Shown in pieces: positions 32,491-42,271 of a stretch of 64,000 nucleotides of DNA (positions within the stretch are counted from its first letter, which is position 1; each line of letters begins with the position of its first letter). The translations under genes were made by a program, and so were the position numbers. The notes beneath the pieces were generated by a model that was not told where the DNA came from, did not search any database, and saw only the letters and a program-made list of their open reading frames with translations. Origin of the DNA: an uncultured delta proteobacterium (lineage in GTDB: Bacteria > Myxococcota_A > Polyangia > Polyangiales > Polyangiaceae); NCBI GenBank assembly GCA_963782055.1, contig CAWAIF010000003.1, positions 1,856,001 to 1,920,000 of the forward strand. Reading direction: 5' to 3'.

Positions 32491-33795
32491 ATGCCCAAGA
32501 AGGGATCGGTCGCGCCGCCCAAGGCGACGAAGCAAGGAGCCAGCCAGGGGGGCATCTTCCGCGTCGGGGAGGTGCTCAGCGAGACCTTCGAGATCCGCGG
32601 TCTGCTGGGCGAGGGCGGCAACGGGCAGGTCTTCGACGCGCAGGACCTCAAGCTCAACCGCCGCGTGGCGATCAAGGCCGCGTGGCCGTCGCTGGCGTCG
32701 CTCGGCCCCTTGCTGCGCAAGGAGGCGCAGGCGCTGGCGGCGATCCGCCACCCCGCGCTCGTCACCGTCTACGCGATGGGCATGCACGACGGCATCGAGT
32801 ACTTCGTCATGGAGCACGTGCCCGGCGTCACCCTGGAGGCGCACGTGGAGCGCCGCCGCGCCACGCGCGAGCCCATCACGCCGAAGGAGACGCTCGACAT
32901 CCTCATCGCCATCGCCGAGGGCGTCGCCGCGGTGCACCGCGCGGGCATCGCCCACCGCGACATCAAGCCGTCCAACATCATGCTCGCCCCGCCCAACCGC
33001 GTCGTGCTCACCGACTTCGGCCTGGTGACTCCGGAGTTCGAGGCGGGCCGTCCGGAGCTGAGCGGCACCCCGCTGTACATGGCGCCGGAGGCCCTGCTGG
33101 GGAAGGTGAAGGCCGGGGCGGCCCACCTCGTCGACACCTACGCCCTCGGCGTCCTCGCCTTCGAGCTGGTGACGGGCAACCCGCCCTACGACGCGGAATC
33201 GCTGCGCGGGCTCACCAAGATGCACGTGGAGGCGCCCATCCCGGAGGTCGTCGGCGCCCCGCCGAAGCTGGCGGCCCTCGTCCGGGAGATGATGGCGAAG
33301 GACCCGGAGGCCCGCCCGCTGCAGCTCGAGAGCGTCGTCTGGCGTCTACGGACCATCCGGACCGGCCTCTCCGAGCGCTCCGGCTCGCGGCAGCTGGAGG
33401 TGGTCGTCGTCGACGACGACAAGGACATCGCCAAGCTCATCAAGATGTACATCCGCGCCGCCGTCCCCACGGCAGAGGTCTCCATCGCGACCGGCGCGCG
33501 GGAGGCGCTGGAGATCGTCCGCGCCAAGCCGCCGCACCTGATGATCACCGACCTCATGATGCCCGGGATGAACGGCATCGAGCTCTACATGTACCTGCGC
33601 GGCGAGAAGCTGGCGGAGCACTCCACGATCGTGGCGGTCAGCGCCGCCGCGCGCGACGCCGACGTGGAGCTGCTCTACGAGCTGGGCGTCACGCAGTTCA
33701 TCACCAAGGGGCCGGAGCTGCGCCCGCGCATCACGCAGATCGCCAGGGAGGTGAACGCGATGGTCACCGGCGAGGCGACGCCCGCCCCGCGCTGA
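32491..33795 (+). CDS. Ser/Thr kinase with C-terminal receiver domain
   Basis: GEGGNGQV, HRDIKPSN, DFG and APE, then VVDDD and TDLMMPGMNG. Confidence 0.92.
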   Translation: MPKKGSVAPPKATKQGASQGGIFRVGEVLSETFEIRGLLGEGGNGQVFDAQDLKLNRRVAIKAAWPSLASLGPLLRKEAQALAAIRHPALVTVYAMGMHDGIEYFVMEHVPGVTLEAHVERRRATREPITPKETLDILIAIAEGVAAVHRAGIAHRDIKPSNIMLAPPNRVVLTDFGLVTPEFEAGRPELSGTPLYMAPEALLGKVKAGAAHLVDTYALGVLAFELVTGNPPYDAESLRGLTKMHVEAPIPEVVGAPPKLAALVREMMAKDPEARPLQLESVVWRLRTIRTGLSERSGSRQLEVVVVDDDKDIAKLIKMYIRAAVPTAEVSIATGAREALEIVRAKPPHLMITDLMMPGMNGIELYMYLRGEKLAEHSTIVAVSAAARDADVELLYELGVTQFITKGPELRPRITQIAREVNAMVTGEATPAPR

Positions 33796-33903
33796 TCGCG
33801 CCGCTCGCGGCTCTTTGCTTCCTCCGCAAGAGGTCCACGCGAGCCTTGCAACGCCGTGCCGCGATGGTCATGTTTCCAGCGAGGGCGCGAGGGAGACATC
33901 CGC

Positions 33904-35790
33904 ATGAAAGGCAACGCTGAGGCGCTGGCCGACGCGCTCGACCGGATCACCGACGGCATCCTGGTCTACGACCCCGAGTGGCGCATCGCGTATCTCAATC
34001 GAAGCGCCGAGCGCTACTTCGACCGCTCGCGCGAGGAGCTGGTTGGCCGCCGCTTCGGCGAAGCGTTCCCGACCGCGGTGGGTACGCACACAGAGGCCAG
34101 GCTGCGGGAGGCCGCCGCGAGCCCTGCGCCCAGCGAGTTCGAGCTCTTCACCCCCGTCCGGCGCCGCTGGGTGGCCTTCCGCGCGTACCCTTCGGAGGCA
34201 GGCCTCACCGTCTACTTCCGCGACGTCACCGAGCAGAAGGTCGCCCAGGACACCCTCCGCGAGAGCGAGGCGCGGTACCGCGCGCTCTTCGAGCACAGCC
34301 TGAACGCCACGCTGCTCACCGCGCCGTCAGGCGACATCCTCGCCGCCAACCCCGCGGCGTGCCGCATGTTCGAGATGACGGAGCAGGAGATCCGCGCCGG
34401 CGGCCGCTCCCTGCTGGTGGACCTCTCCGACCCGCGCGGTGCCGCGTTCCTGGACGCGCGGCGGCGCGACGGCCACGCCCACGGCGAGGTGACGTGCCTG
34501 CGCAAGGGGCGGAGGCCCTTCCCGGCGGAGGTGTCGTCGGCCATCTTCCGTGACGCGACGGGTGCCGAGCGCACCAGCATGCTCATCCACGACCTGAGCA
34601 TCCGCAGGCGCGCGCAGGCGGCCGTCGCGTTGCTGGCGGACGCCGGCAAGCGCCTCGGCGCCTCGCTCGATCCGGAGGGCACCCTGCGCAGCCTGACCGG
34701 GCTGCTCGTGCCCCGCTTCGCCGACGCGTGTCTCGTGGACGTGATCGCCGGCGGCGTCGTGCGGCGCACCCTGCTGGCCTCCAGGGCGGCCGAGCTGCGG
34801 TCGCTCGAGGTCGACGCGACGTCGTGGAGGGAGGCCTTCGGGCGTGTGCTCGCCTCGCGCAGCGGCGAGCGGATGCCTTCGCCCGATGCGTCCTGGCTGC
34901 GCGCTGCGTCGCTGGATCCGTCGGCGCTGGGCGGCGGCCACGACAAGCCGTGCCGGCTGCTCGCCCTGCCGCTCGTCGCACGCGACCGGGTGATCGGCGT
35001 GCTCGTGCTGGCGCGGTGTCCCGAGCGGGAGGACTTCGACGCCGCCGACGTCACCCTCGGCGAGGGCATCGCCGATCGCGCGGCGATGGCCATCGAGAAC
35101 GCCGGCCTCTACGCCGCCGCCCTCGAGGCGCGGCGCGTGCGCGACGAGGTGCTGGGCATCGTCTCCCATGATCTGCGCAATCCGCTCAACGGCATCGCGC
35201 TGACCGCGCAGGTGCTCGGGCGGCGCAAGCCGGAGGACCCCGAGCCGCGCATCATCATGCGCGCCGTCGCCGTGGCCAACCAGCTCATCAACGACCTGCT
35301 GCTGGCCGCCAAGCTGGAGTCGGGCACGCTGGCGCTGAACCCCCGGCCCGAGTCGGTGCGGGCGATCCTCGACGAGGTGGTCGTTCTGGCGGGTCCGGCG
35401 GCCGAGGAGCGGTCCATCGCGCTGGACGTGTCGGTCGAGGGCGGCGTCGACGAGGCGAACCTCGACCGCCAGCGCGTGCGCCAGCTCCTCGGCAACCTGG
35501 TGTCCAACGCGCTGAAGTTCACGCCGGTGGATGGGCGCGTGGCGGTGCGGGCGCGCCGCGCCGGGGATCACCTCGAGCTCTCCGTTGCCGACACCGGTCC
35601 GGGGGTCCGCCCCGAGCAGCGCGCTCACCTCTTCGACCGCTTCTGGCAGGGCGCCCACGCGCACCGCGCGGACGCCGGTCTGGGCCTCTCCATCGCGAAG
35701 GGGATCGCCGAGGCACACGGCGGGAGCATCCGCGTCGAGAGCGAGCCGGGGCGGGGCGCCACCTTCATCGTTGCCCTCCCGATGAGCTGA
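33904..35790 (+). CDS. Cytoplasmic PAS-PAS-GAF histidine kinase
   Basis: Two PAS domains, GAF (LPLVARDRVIGVL...AIENA), SHDLRNPL, NALKFT and DTGPG. Confidence 0.93.
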   Translation: MKGNAEALADALDRITDGILVYDPEWRIAYLNRSAERYFDRSREELVGRRFGEAFPTAVGTHTEARLREAAASPAPSEFELFTPVRRRWVAFRAYPSEAGLTVYFRDVTEQKVAQDTLRESEARYRALFEHSLNATLLTAPSGDILAANPAACRMFEMTEQEIRAGGRSLLVDLSDPRGAAFLDARRRDGHAHGEVTCLRKGRRPFPAEVSSAIFRDATGAERTSMLIHDLSIRRRAQAAVALLADAGKRLGASLDPEGTLRSLTGLLVPRFADACLVDVIAGGVVRRTLLASRAAELRSLEVDATSWREAFGRVLASRSGERMPSPDASWLRAASLDPSALGGGHDKPCRLLALPLVARDRVIGVLVLARCPEREDFDAADVTLGEGIADRAAMAIENAGLYAAALEARRVRDEVLGIVSHDLRNPLNGIALTAQVLGRRKPEDPEPRIIMRAVAVANQLINDLLLAAKLESGTLALNPRPESVRAILDEVVVLAGPAAEERSIALDVSVEGGVDEANLDRQRVRQLLGNLVSNALKFTPVDGRVAVRARRAGDHLELSVADTGPGVRPEQRAHLFDRFWQGAHAHRADAGLGLSIAKGIAEAHGGSIRVESEPGRGATFIVALPMS

Positions 35791-35793
35791 CGG

Positions 35794-36219
35794 TCAGTCC
35801 TCGCCGCCGCGCCGCGCCGCCTTGGTCTCGGACCGCCGCTTCTTGCCGGCCAGCCGCCGCTCCACGCTCCCGCGCGTCGGGCGCGTCGCGCGCCGGCGCT
35901 TCGGGCGGGGCAGGGCCGCCGCCACCAGGGCGCGCACCTTCCCCCGCGCGTCCTCCAGGTTCTGCCGCTGATCGCGCGTGCGCTGGCTCACCACGAGCAG
36001 GCGCCCCTCGGCGTCCAGGGACCCCGCGCACGCCGCGCGAAGCCGTGAGCGCGCCCCCTCATCCAGGCCGGTGATGCGCCCGAGGTCCACGCGCAGCTCG
36101 ACCTTGCTGGCCACCTTGTTGACGTTCTGCCCGCCCGGGCCGCTCGCCCGGACAGCGTGCACTGCCTGGGCGTCGGCGGGCACGACCACGCCTTCGCGGA
36201 CGACGATCGGCTCGGGCAT
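35794..36219 (-). CDS. arfB: Alternative ribosome rescue factor ArfB
   Basis: [25 protein letters not shown], and a basic C-terminal tail. Confidence 0.95.
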   Translation of the reverse strand: MPEPIVVREGVVVPADAQAVHAVRASGPGGQNVNKVASKVELRVDLGRITGLDEGARSRLRAACAGSLDAEGRLLVVSQRTRDQRQNLEDARGKVRALVAAALPRPKRRRATRPTRGSVERRLAGKKRRSETKAARRGGED

Positions 36220-36264
36220 TTACGGCGTACCTTAGCACCGCCGGCTGGGCTACTCTGCGATGCG

Positions 36265-38022
36265 ATGTACGATCTGAAGATCCGAGGAGGCACGGTGGTG
36301 GACGGCACGGGCGCGCCGGGGGTGCGCGCCGACGTGGCCGTCAAGGATGGCCGCATCGTGGAGGTGGGCCGCTGCGACGGCGCCGCCACCCGCACCGTGG
36401 ACGCCGAGGGCGCGCTGGTGACGCCCGGCTTCGTGGACCTGCACTGCCACTACGACGGCCAGGTCTCCTGGGACGCCGATCTCCTGCCCTCGTCGGCGCA
36501 CGGCGTGACGACGGTGGTGCTCGGCAACTGCGGCGTCGGCTTCGCCCCGGTGCGCGAGGCCGACCGCGACGCCCTCGTCGCGCTGATGGAGGGCGTGGAG
36601 GACATCCCCGGGTCGGCGCTCGCGGAGGGCCTGACCTGGGACTGGGAATCCTTTGCACAATACATGGATGCGCTCGATCGCCGGCCGCACGCGATCGACT
36701 ACGCGCTGCAGGTCCCGCACGACGCGCTGCGCGTGTTCGTCATGGGCGGCCGCGCCATCGCGGGCGAGGCGGCGCGCGAGGACGACGTGGCGAAGATGCG
36801 CGCCCTGCTGCGCGAGGCGCTCGAGGCGGGCGCCGCGGGCTTCAGCACCGGGCGCACCGACAACCACCGCTCGGTCACCGGTGCGGCGACGCCCTCGTCG
36901 GAGGCGACGGCGGCGGAGCTCGCCGGCATCGCGAAGGCGTTCGAGGGGCTGGGGCACGGCGTCTTGCAGGCGGTGAGCGACTTCGACATGGCCGTCGGGC
37001 CGGAGCGCTTCGACGGCGAGTTCGACGTGCTGGAGGCGATGGCGGAGGCCGCGGGCCACCCCCTCTCCATCTCGGTCATGCAGCGTGACATGGAGCCCGG
37101 CCAGTGGAAGCGCATCCTGGAGCGCATCGAGAAGGCGGACGCGCGGGGCGTGACCATGCGCGCGCAGGTGGCGGTGCGCGCCATCGGGGTGCTGCTCGGC
37201 CTGGAGGCCACCTTCCACCCCTTCATGGGCTTTCCCACCTACAAGGCCGTGGCCGACCTGCCGCTGGAAGAGCGCGTTCGCAAGCTCCGCGAGCCGGAGG
37301 TTCGGGCGCGCCTGCTCGGGGAGACGTCCGACCCGGTGGCGGGGGACGGCAGCCCCATCCCGCCGCTCGCCGACCAGCTCCTCGCGCGGCTGGAGATGGT
37401 GTCGCTGCGCCTCTTCCGCCTGGGCGCGCGGCCGGACTACGAGCCCAAGCTGGACGCCTCCATCGGCGCGGAGGCCTACGCGCGCGGCGTCTCGCACCTG
37501 GGCGCGGTGCTCGACGCCCTGCTGGAGGACGGCGGGCGCGAGCTGCTCTACTTCCCGCTCTACAACTACACCGAGATGTCGCTCGACAACGTGCGCACCA
37601 TGATGGGCCACCCGCTCGCGCTGCTGGGCCTGAGCGACGGCGGCGCGCACGTGGCGACGGTGTGCGACGCCAGCTTCCCCACCTTCCTGCTCTCGCACTG
37701 GGTGCGCGACCGGGATCACGATCGGCTGGGCATGGAGCAGGCGGTGCGGATGATGACGCGCGATCCGGCGCGTTACCTCGGCCTCGCCGATCGCGGCGTC
37801 GTCGCGCCCGGCATGCGCGCCGACCTCAACGTGCTGGACCCCGCGCAGCTCGCCCTCTCGCGGCCGCGCCTGGTGCGCGATCTGCCGGCGGGCGGGCGGC
37901 GCTTCCTGCAGGACGCCACCGGCTACCGCGCCACGGTCGCCGGCGGACACGTCATCGCCGAGGGCGGCAAGCTGACCGGCGAGCGCCCCGGCCGGCTGGT
38001 GCGCCTCGGCGGCCGCGCGTGA
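36265..38022 (+). CDS. N-acyl-D-amino-acid deacylase family amidohydrolase
   Basis: [34 protein letters not shown] and LSDGGAH. Confidence 0.92.
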   Translation: MYDLKIRGGTVVDGTGAPGVRADVAVKDGRIVEVGRCDGAATRTVDAEGALVTPGFVDLHCHYDGQVSWDADLLPSSAHGVTTVVLGNCGVGFAPVREADRDALVALMEGVEDIPGSALAEGLTWDWESFAQYMDALDRRPHAIDYALQVPHDALRVFVMGGRAIAGEAAREDDVAKMRALLREALEAGAAGFSTGRTDNHRSVTGAATPSSEATAAELAGIAKAFEGLGHGVLQAVSDFDMAVGPERFDGEFDVLEAMAEAAGHPLSISVMQRDMEPGQWKRILERIEKADARGVTMRAQVAVRAIGVLLGLEATFHPFMGFPTYKAVADLPLEERVRKLREPEVRARLLGETSDPVAGDGSPIPPLADQLLARLEMVSLRLFRLGARPDYEPKLDASIGAEAYARGVSHLGAVLDALLEDGGRELLYFPLYNYTEMSLDNVRTMMGHPLALLGLSDGGAHVATVCDASFPTFLLSHWVRDRDHDRLGMEQAVRMMTRDPARYLGLADRGVVAPGMRADLNVLDPAQLALSRPRLVRDLPAGGRRFLQDATGYRATVAGGHVIAEGGKLTGERPGRLVRLGGRA

Positions 38023-38060
38023 GACTTGCACCCTGCACGGTTTCCCGTAACGATCCTCCC

Positions 38061-39026
38061 ATGAGGGCTTTCGTTGGCTGGGCAGTCGCGGCCGCGCTCG
38101 CGGTCTCGGCGTGCGGCGGCGCCACCGAGACCGATCTCTACACCCCGGGTGGCGGGGGCAGCGACGGCGGCGGCGGCGGGGGTGACGGCGGCGGCGGGGG
38201 AGACGGTGGCGGCGGGTGCGATCCCGCGCAGTGCAACCTGACCGCCCCGGCGGGCTTCACCCTGGTGGCCTACGCGCGCAACCGCGACAACGCCTGCCCG
38301 GCCGGCTGGACGACCACCAACCCGGTGTCCGACCCGACCGTCCAGGACGGCGCGTGCAGCTGCGCGTGCCAGGTGGGCGATCAGCCGGACTGCGGCACCG
38401 GGACGATCACCCGCCCGTACGACTACGGCGTCAGCGCCACGTGCGATCAGCAGGGCCTGTCGCTGACGGGCAACTCCGGCGGCTGCAGCACCACCGGCAA
38501 CTACTCCGTCGTGCTCGCCACCCACATCGAGGTGGACCCGCCGCCGCCCACCGGCGGCTCGTGCACCTTCGCCCCCACGCCCGATCTGAAGAAGGTCAGC
38601 GCCATGTCGGCGCGCCTCTGCCAGCCCGCGCCGAGCTGCTCGGGCGCGCTGTGCAAGCCGCCCGCGGGCTTCGCCGTCTGCGTCCAGGCCGACGGGGACG
38701 TGGACTGCCCCGCCGGGTTCCCCGCCAAGCACACGGTGGGCAGCGAGCCGCAGCTCGACTGCACCGGCTGCTCCTCCACCTGCGCCGTCACCGCCAAGTG
38801 CGAGGGGACGCTGAGCTTCTTCACCGACACCGCGTGCAACGACAACCAGGTGGACATGACGGCCGACGGAACCTGCGGCGCCAAGCCGTCCGGCGGCGTC
38901 TACCAGTACCGCTCGTACAGGTACACGGGCACCGCGCAGGGCGTGACGTGCGGCGGCGATCCCGGCGCCGCCAAGGCGGACGCCAGCCTCGCCAATCAGA
39001 AGACGGTCTGCTGCCGCGGGCAGTGA
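38061..39026 (+). CDS. Cys-rich myxobacterial lipoprotein
   Basis: Lipobox VSAC, (G)nD linker repeats, many Cys, and terminal TVCC. Confidence 0.85.
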   Translation: MRAFVGWAVAAALAVSACGGATETDLYTPGGGGSDGGGGGGDGGGGGDGGGGCDPAQCNLTAPAGFTLVAYARNRDNACPAGWTTTNPVSDPTVQDGACSCACQVGDQPDCGTGTITRPYDYGVSATCDQQGLSLTGNSGGCSTTGNYSVVLATHIEVDPPPPTGGSCTFAPTPDLKKVSAMSARLCQPAPSCSGALCKPPAGFAVCVQADGDVDCPAGFPAKHTVGSEPQLDCTGCSSTCAVTAKCEGTLSFFTDTACNDNQVDMTADGTCGAKPSGGVYQYRSYRYTGTAQGVTCGGDPGAAKADASLANQKTVCCRGQ

Positions 39027-39047
39027 GGGGTCGGCCGACGGCGCCGG

Positions 39048-40982
39048 TCAGCTCGGCGGCTTCTCAATCTCGTGGTTGCGGTAGGCCTGCACCAGCCGCT
39101 CCAGGCCAGCGACCTCCTCGCGCAGCTCCGCGCCGCGCGCCGTGTCCCCCACGCGGCGCGGCGGGTCGTTGCGGCGCAGCTCCTGCACCGTCGGCACGAT
39201 GTCCGCGCCGTGCTCGATGGCGAAGTCGATGGACTCGAAGTGGTGGTGTCGCGCCAGCGCGGTGCGCTCGGCGTCGATGATGAGGGTGTAGCCGTGGTCG
39301 CCGTAGGCCTCGGAGAAGGCGCCGTCGATGGTGACGGCCAGCCCGCTCCGCTTGAGCGGTGACTCGCCCTGCTCCACCTTCACCGGCACGTGCCCGTTGA
39401 CGATGAGCACCCGCTCGGGGTCCACGCCGAACTCGACGGCCATCCGCCGGCAGAACGCAGGGTCATGGATGAGGGAGAAGTAGGGGTTCTTCGTCTCCTT
39501 GTGGGTGGCCTTGTCCTCGACGAAGTACGTCTCGAAGGTGGCCATGCGGTCCTTGCCGAACATGGGGGAGCGCGCGCCGGCCCACAGGTAGTAGAGCAGG
39601 TCCACGTCGGCCTGGGCGCGATCGCGGAAGGCGCGCCGCACCGCGTTGTCGATGGCGTCGAAGAGCGCCCTGCCGCGCGCGGGCTCGCCATCCACCTGCA
39701 TGTCCAGCAAGCCGCCCTCGGCGTCGACCGGGACGCACCCGTGGAAGACCAGGTTCTCGTCGCGTGTCGTGTACGCGCACCCGCGCTCGAGCAGGTAGCG
39801 CATGTCGCGCCAGAGGGTGGGGCTGTCCAGGAAGGAGCGCTCCATCAGGCGGATGCACCGCTCCTCGGCCTCGGAGAGGCGGTAGGGGTCGCTCCAGTCT
39901 ACCGTCGGGAAGGCGCGGTCGAGCAGCGGGTAGGTGCGTCCCTCGATGGTCACGGTGCCCGCCTGCGGGTCGATCGCGCCGAGCAGGTTGCGGTGCTCCA
40001 TCGCGAAGTGGGGGTTGCGGAGGATCGTCTGGGCCTCCAGCTTGAACTGGAGGATCGCCGCGGCCTTCTGCATGCGGGCGAGGAGGAGCGGCGAGCGCAG
40101 ATCCTGCCCCTTCGAGCGGAAGCGCTCCGCCGGGTCGTCGGCGTAGGCCTCCCGCGCGAGCAGCTCCAGCGGCTCCACCGGCAGGCCGTAGCCCTCCTCG
40201 AGCTGCGCGATGCGCCCGTAGCGCAGCGAGATGCGTATCACCGTCGCGATGAGCGCCCGCTGCCCGAGGCACGCGCCCATCCACTCCACGTCGTGGTTGC
40301 CCCAGGTGACGGTGACGTTGCGCTGGTGACGGATGGCGTCGATCACGCGGTCCAGGCGGGGGCCGCGATCTCCCAGATCGCCCGCCACGATGAGCTCGTA
40401 GGACGCGAACGATCGCAGGGCGTGGGCGGCCGCGCGGAGCAGCTCCACGCCGCCGTCGTCCTCCACGTAGGGCAGCAGCAGGCCGTCGGCGTAGGCCGGG
40501 TCGCGCTCGACGTCGGGTGAGACGAGCAGCTCGGCGAAGAGCTCGGCGTAGGGCTCGGGGAAGACGCGCTGGGCGTGGCGCAGGCTGTAGCGCGCGAGCA
40601 GCACGCGCAGCAGCTCGAACTCCCGCAGCAGGGTGAGCTTCACGTACTCCTCACGCTCGGCCACGGAGCTCATGTTCGCCGAGAGCCGCTCCCACGCCTC
40701 GCGGGGGTAGTAGACGAGGTTGAGCAGCGTCGTGCGCGCGCGGTCGTCCAGCCTCCCGGCGAAGACGCGCTCCACCAGCGGCCGCAGGCTGCCCGAGCCG
40801 TTGCGCAGGATGTGCTCCAGCTTCTGGAACTCGCCGTGCACGTCGCTGACGACGTGGATGGTGCCGCGCGGGAGCGTGGCGACGGCGCGCAGGTGGGCGA
40901 TCTCCGCGAGCGCCGACTCCACCGTCGGGAAGCGGTAGCTCAGCGCGCGCAGGTATTGCGACGAAGACGCTTCGTGGTTCAT
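39048..40982 (-). CDS. fbp: Fructose-1,6-bisphosphatase class III
   Basis: SDVHGE, LRNGSG, GDLGDRGP, WGNHD, FHGCVP, NGHVPVK, IDGAFSEAY and GYTL. Confidence 0.92.
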   Translation of the reverse strand: MNHEASSSQYLRALSYRFPTVESALAEIAHLRAVATLPRGTIHVVSDVHGEFQKLEHILRNGSGSLRPLVERVFAGRLDDRARTTLLNLVYYPREAWERLSANMSSVAEREEYVKLTLLREFELLRVLLARYSLRHAQRVFPEPYAELFAELLVSPDVERDPAYADGLLLPYVEDDGGVELLRAAAHALRSFASYELIVAGDLGDRGPRLDRVIDAIRHQRNVTVTWGNHDVEWMGACLGQRALIATVIRISLRYGRIAQLEEGYGLPVEPLELLAREAYADDPAERFRSKGQDLRSPLLLARMQKAAAILQFKLEAQTILRNPHFAMEHRNLLGAIDPQAGTVTIEGRTYPLLDRAFPTVDWSDPYRLSEAEERCIRLMERSFLDSPTLWRDMRYLLERGCAYTTRDENLVFHGCVPVDAEGGLLDMQVDGEPARGRALFDAIDNAVRRAFRDRAQADVDLLYYLWAGARSPMFGKDRMATFETYFVEDKATHKETKNPYFSLIHDPAFCRRMAVEFGVDPERVLIVNGHVPVKVEQGESPLKRSGLAVTIDGAFSEAYGDHGYTLIIDAERTALARHHHFESIDFAIEHGADIVPTVQELRRNDPPRRVGDTARGAELREEVAGLERLVQAYRNHEIEKPPS

Positions 40983-41025
40983 GTCGCGCCCAGGAGAAGC
41001 AACTTTCGTCCCGGACGCAAGGCTC

Positions 41026-42138
41026 TCACGCCGCCTTGCGCTCGTCCTCCACCTCCGCCCGCGTGCGCGGCAGGGCTCCCGGGTAGTTCTGCTGGACCCA
41101 GGCGATCATCTTCTCGCGCGCGTCGCATCGCAGGGTCCACTGGTCGCTGGAGTCCTTGGCGCTGACCAGCAGGCGGACCAGCATGGTGTGCTCGGTCGCG
41201 TCGGTCACGGTGACGCCGCCCGCCTTCTTGTCCCAGAGCTCGTGCGCCTCCAGGAAGCGCATGAACTCCTTGCGCATGACCTCGACAGGCACCGAGTAGT
41301 CCAGGTGCAGCTCCACGGTGCCGAGCAGCTCGTTCGCGCCGCGTGTCCAGTTCTGGAAGGGCTTGTCGATGAAGTAGTTCACCGGGACGATCAGCCGCCG
41401 CAGGTCCCAGATCTTGACCACCACGTAGGTGAGGGCGATCTCCTCGATGGTCCCCCACTCCCCCTCCACGATGACCACGTCGTCGACGCGGATGGGCTGC
41501 GCGACGGCGATCTGCACGCCCGCGAGGACTGTGGCGATGCTCCGCTGCGCGGCGAAGCCCAGGACGATGCCGGCGACGCCCGCCGAGGCGAGCAGGCCGG
41601 TCCCGATGTTGCGCACCGTCTGGAAGGTCATCAAGGCGAACGCCAACGTGACCAGGATGACGGCGAAGCCGCCGATGTTCCGCAGCCCGCGGAGCTGCGT
41701 GTAGACCGATCGCGCCTCCACCGTCTCCTCCCCGCCGGTGTCGTAGCGGCTGGTGACGTAGTCCTCGATGACGCGGAGCAGCCGCAGGCAGGTCCACCCC
41801 GCGGCGATGATGATGACCACCAGCACGGCGTGGTGGAGCGTATCGGTCTGCAGGGAGAGGAGCGGGACGACGAGCTCCACCGCGATCGCGGGCAGGAGCA
41901 GCCGCAGCGGCTTGGGCATGTGCTGGACGACCATGTCGTCCAGCACCGTCGTCGTCTTCTTGGCCCACCGCTGCGTCGCGCGCAGGATGATCCAGGCGAC
42001 GATGCGGCCGGCGACGAACGCGGCCAGCAGGAGGCCCACCGACCACGCCAGATCGCCGAGCTGGAGCCCGCGCACGGAGTGGACCGCGCCCTGAATCTTC
42101 TCGGGGACGGCCAGGGCCGCCATGGATCGCATCGTCAT
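41026..42138 (-). CDS. Small-conductance mechanosensitive channel (MscS family)
   Basis: AGGAGG RBS, LLASAGVAGIVLGFAAQ, QPIRVDDVV, WDLRRLIVP and PFQNW. Confidence 0.93.
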   Translation of the reverse strand: MTMRSMAALAVPEKIQGAVHSVRGLQLGDLAWSVGLLLAAFVAGRIVAWIILRATQRWAKKTTTVLDDMVVQHMPKPLRLLLPAIAVELVVPLLSLQTDTLHHAVLVVIIIAAGWTCLRLLRVIEDYVTSRYDTGGEETVEARSVYTQLRGLRNIGGFAVILVTLAFALMTFQTVRNIGTGLLASAGVAGIVLGFAAQRSIATVLAGVQIAVAQPIRVDDVVIVEGEWGTIEEIALTYVVVKIWDLRRLIVPVNYFIDKPFQNWTRGANELLGTVELHLDYSVPVEVMRKEFMRFLEAHELWDKKAGGVTVTDATEHTMLVRLLVSAKDSSDQWTLRCDAREKMIAWVQQNYPGALPRTRAEVEDERKAA

Positions 42139-42271
42139 CGTGAGCCTCCTTCGGCATGCACCCTCGCAAACCGTGCACCGTGGCGCAAGCCAATCGCGGC
42201 CGCGGGTCGCGTGAGGCGCGCGCGAGACCGCCCCCGGCGAGGAGGTACGCGGAGTGCATCGTGTCGTCGCC

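Noticed and set aside
38145..38220. Tandem GGC-rich repeat
   Set aside because: It encodes an ordinary Gly/Asp linker in a lipoprotein.
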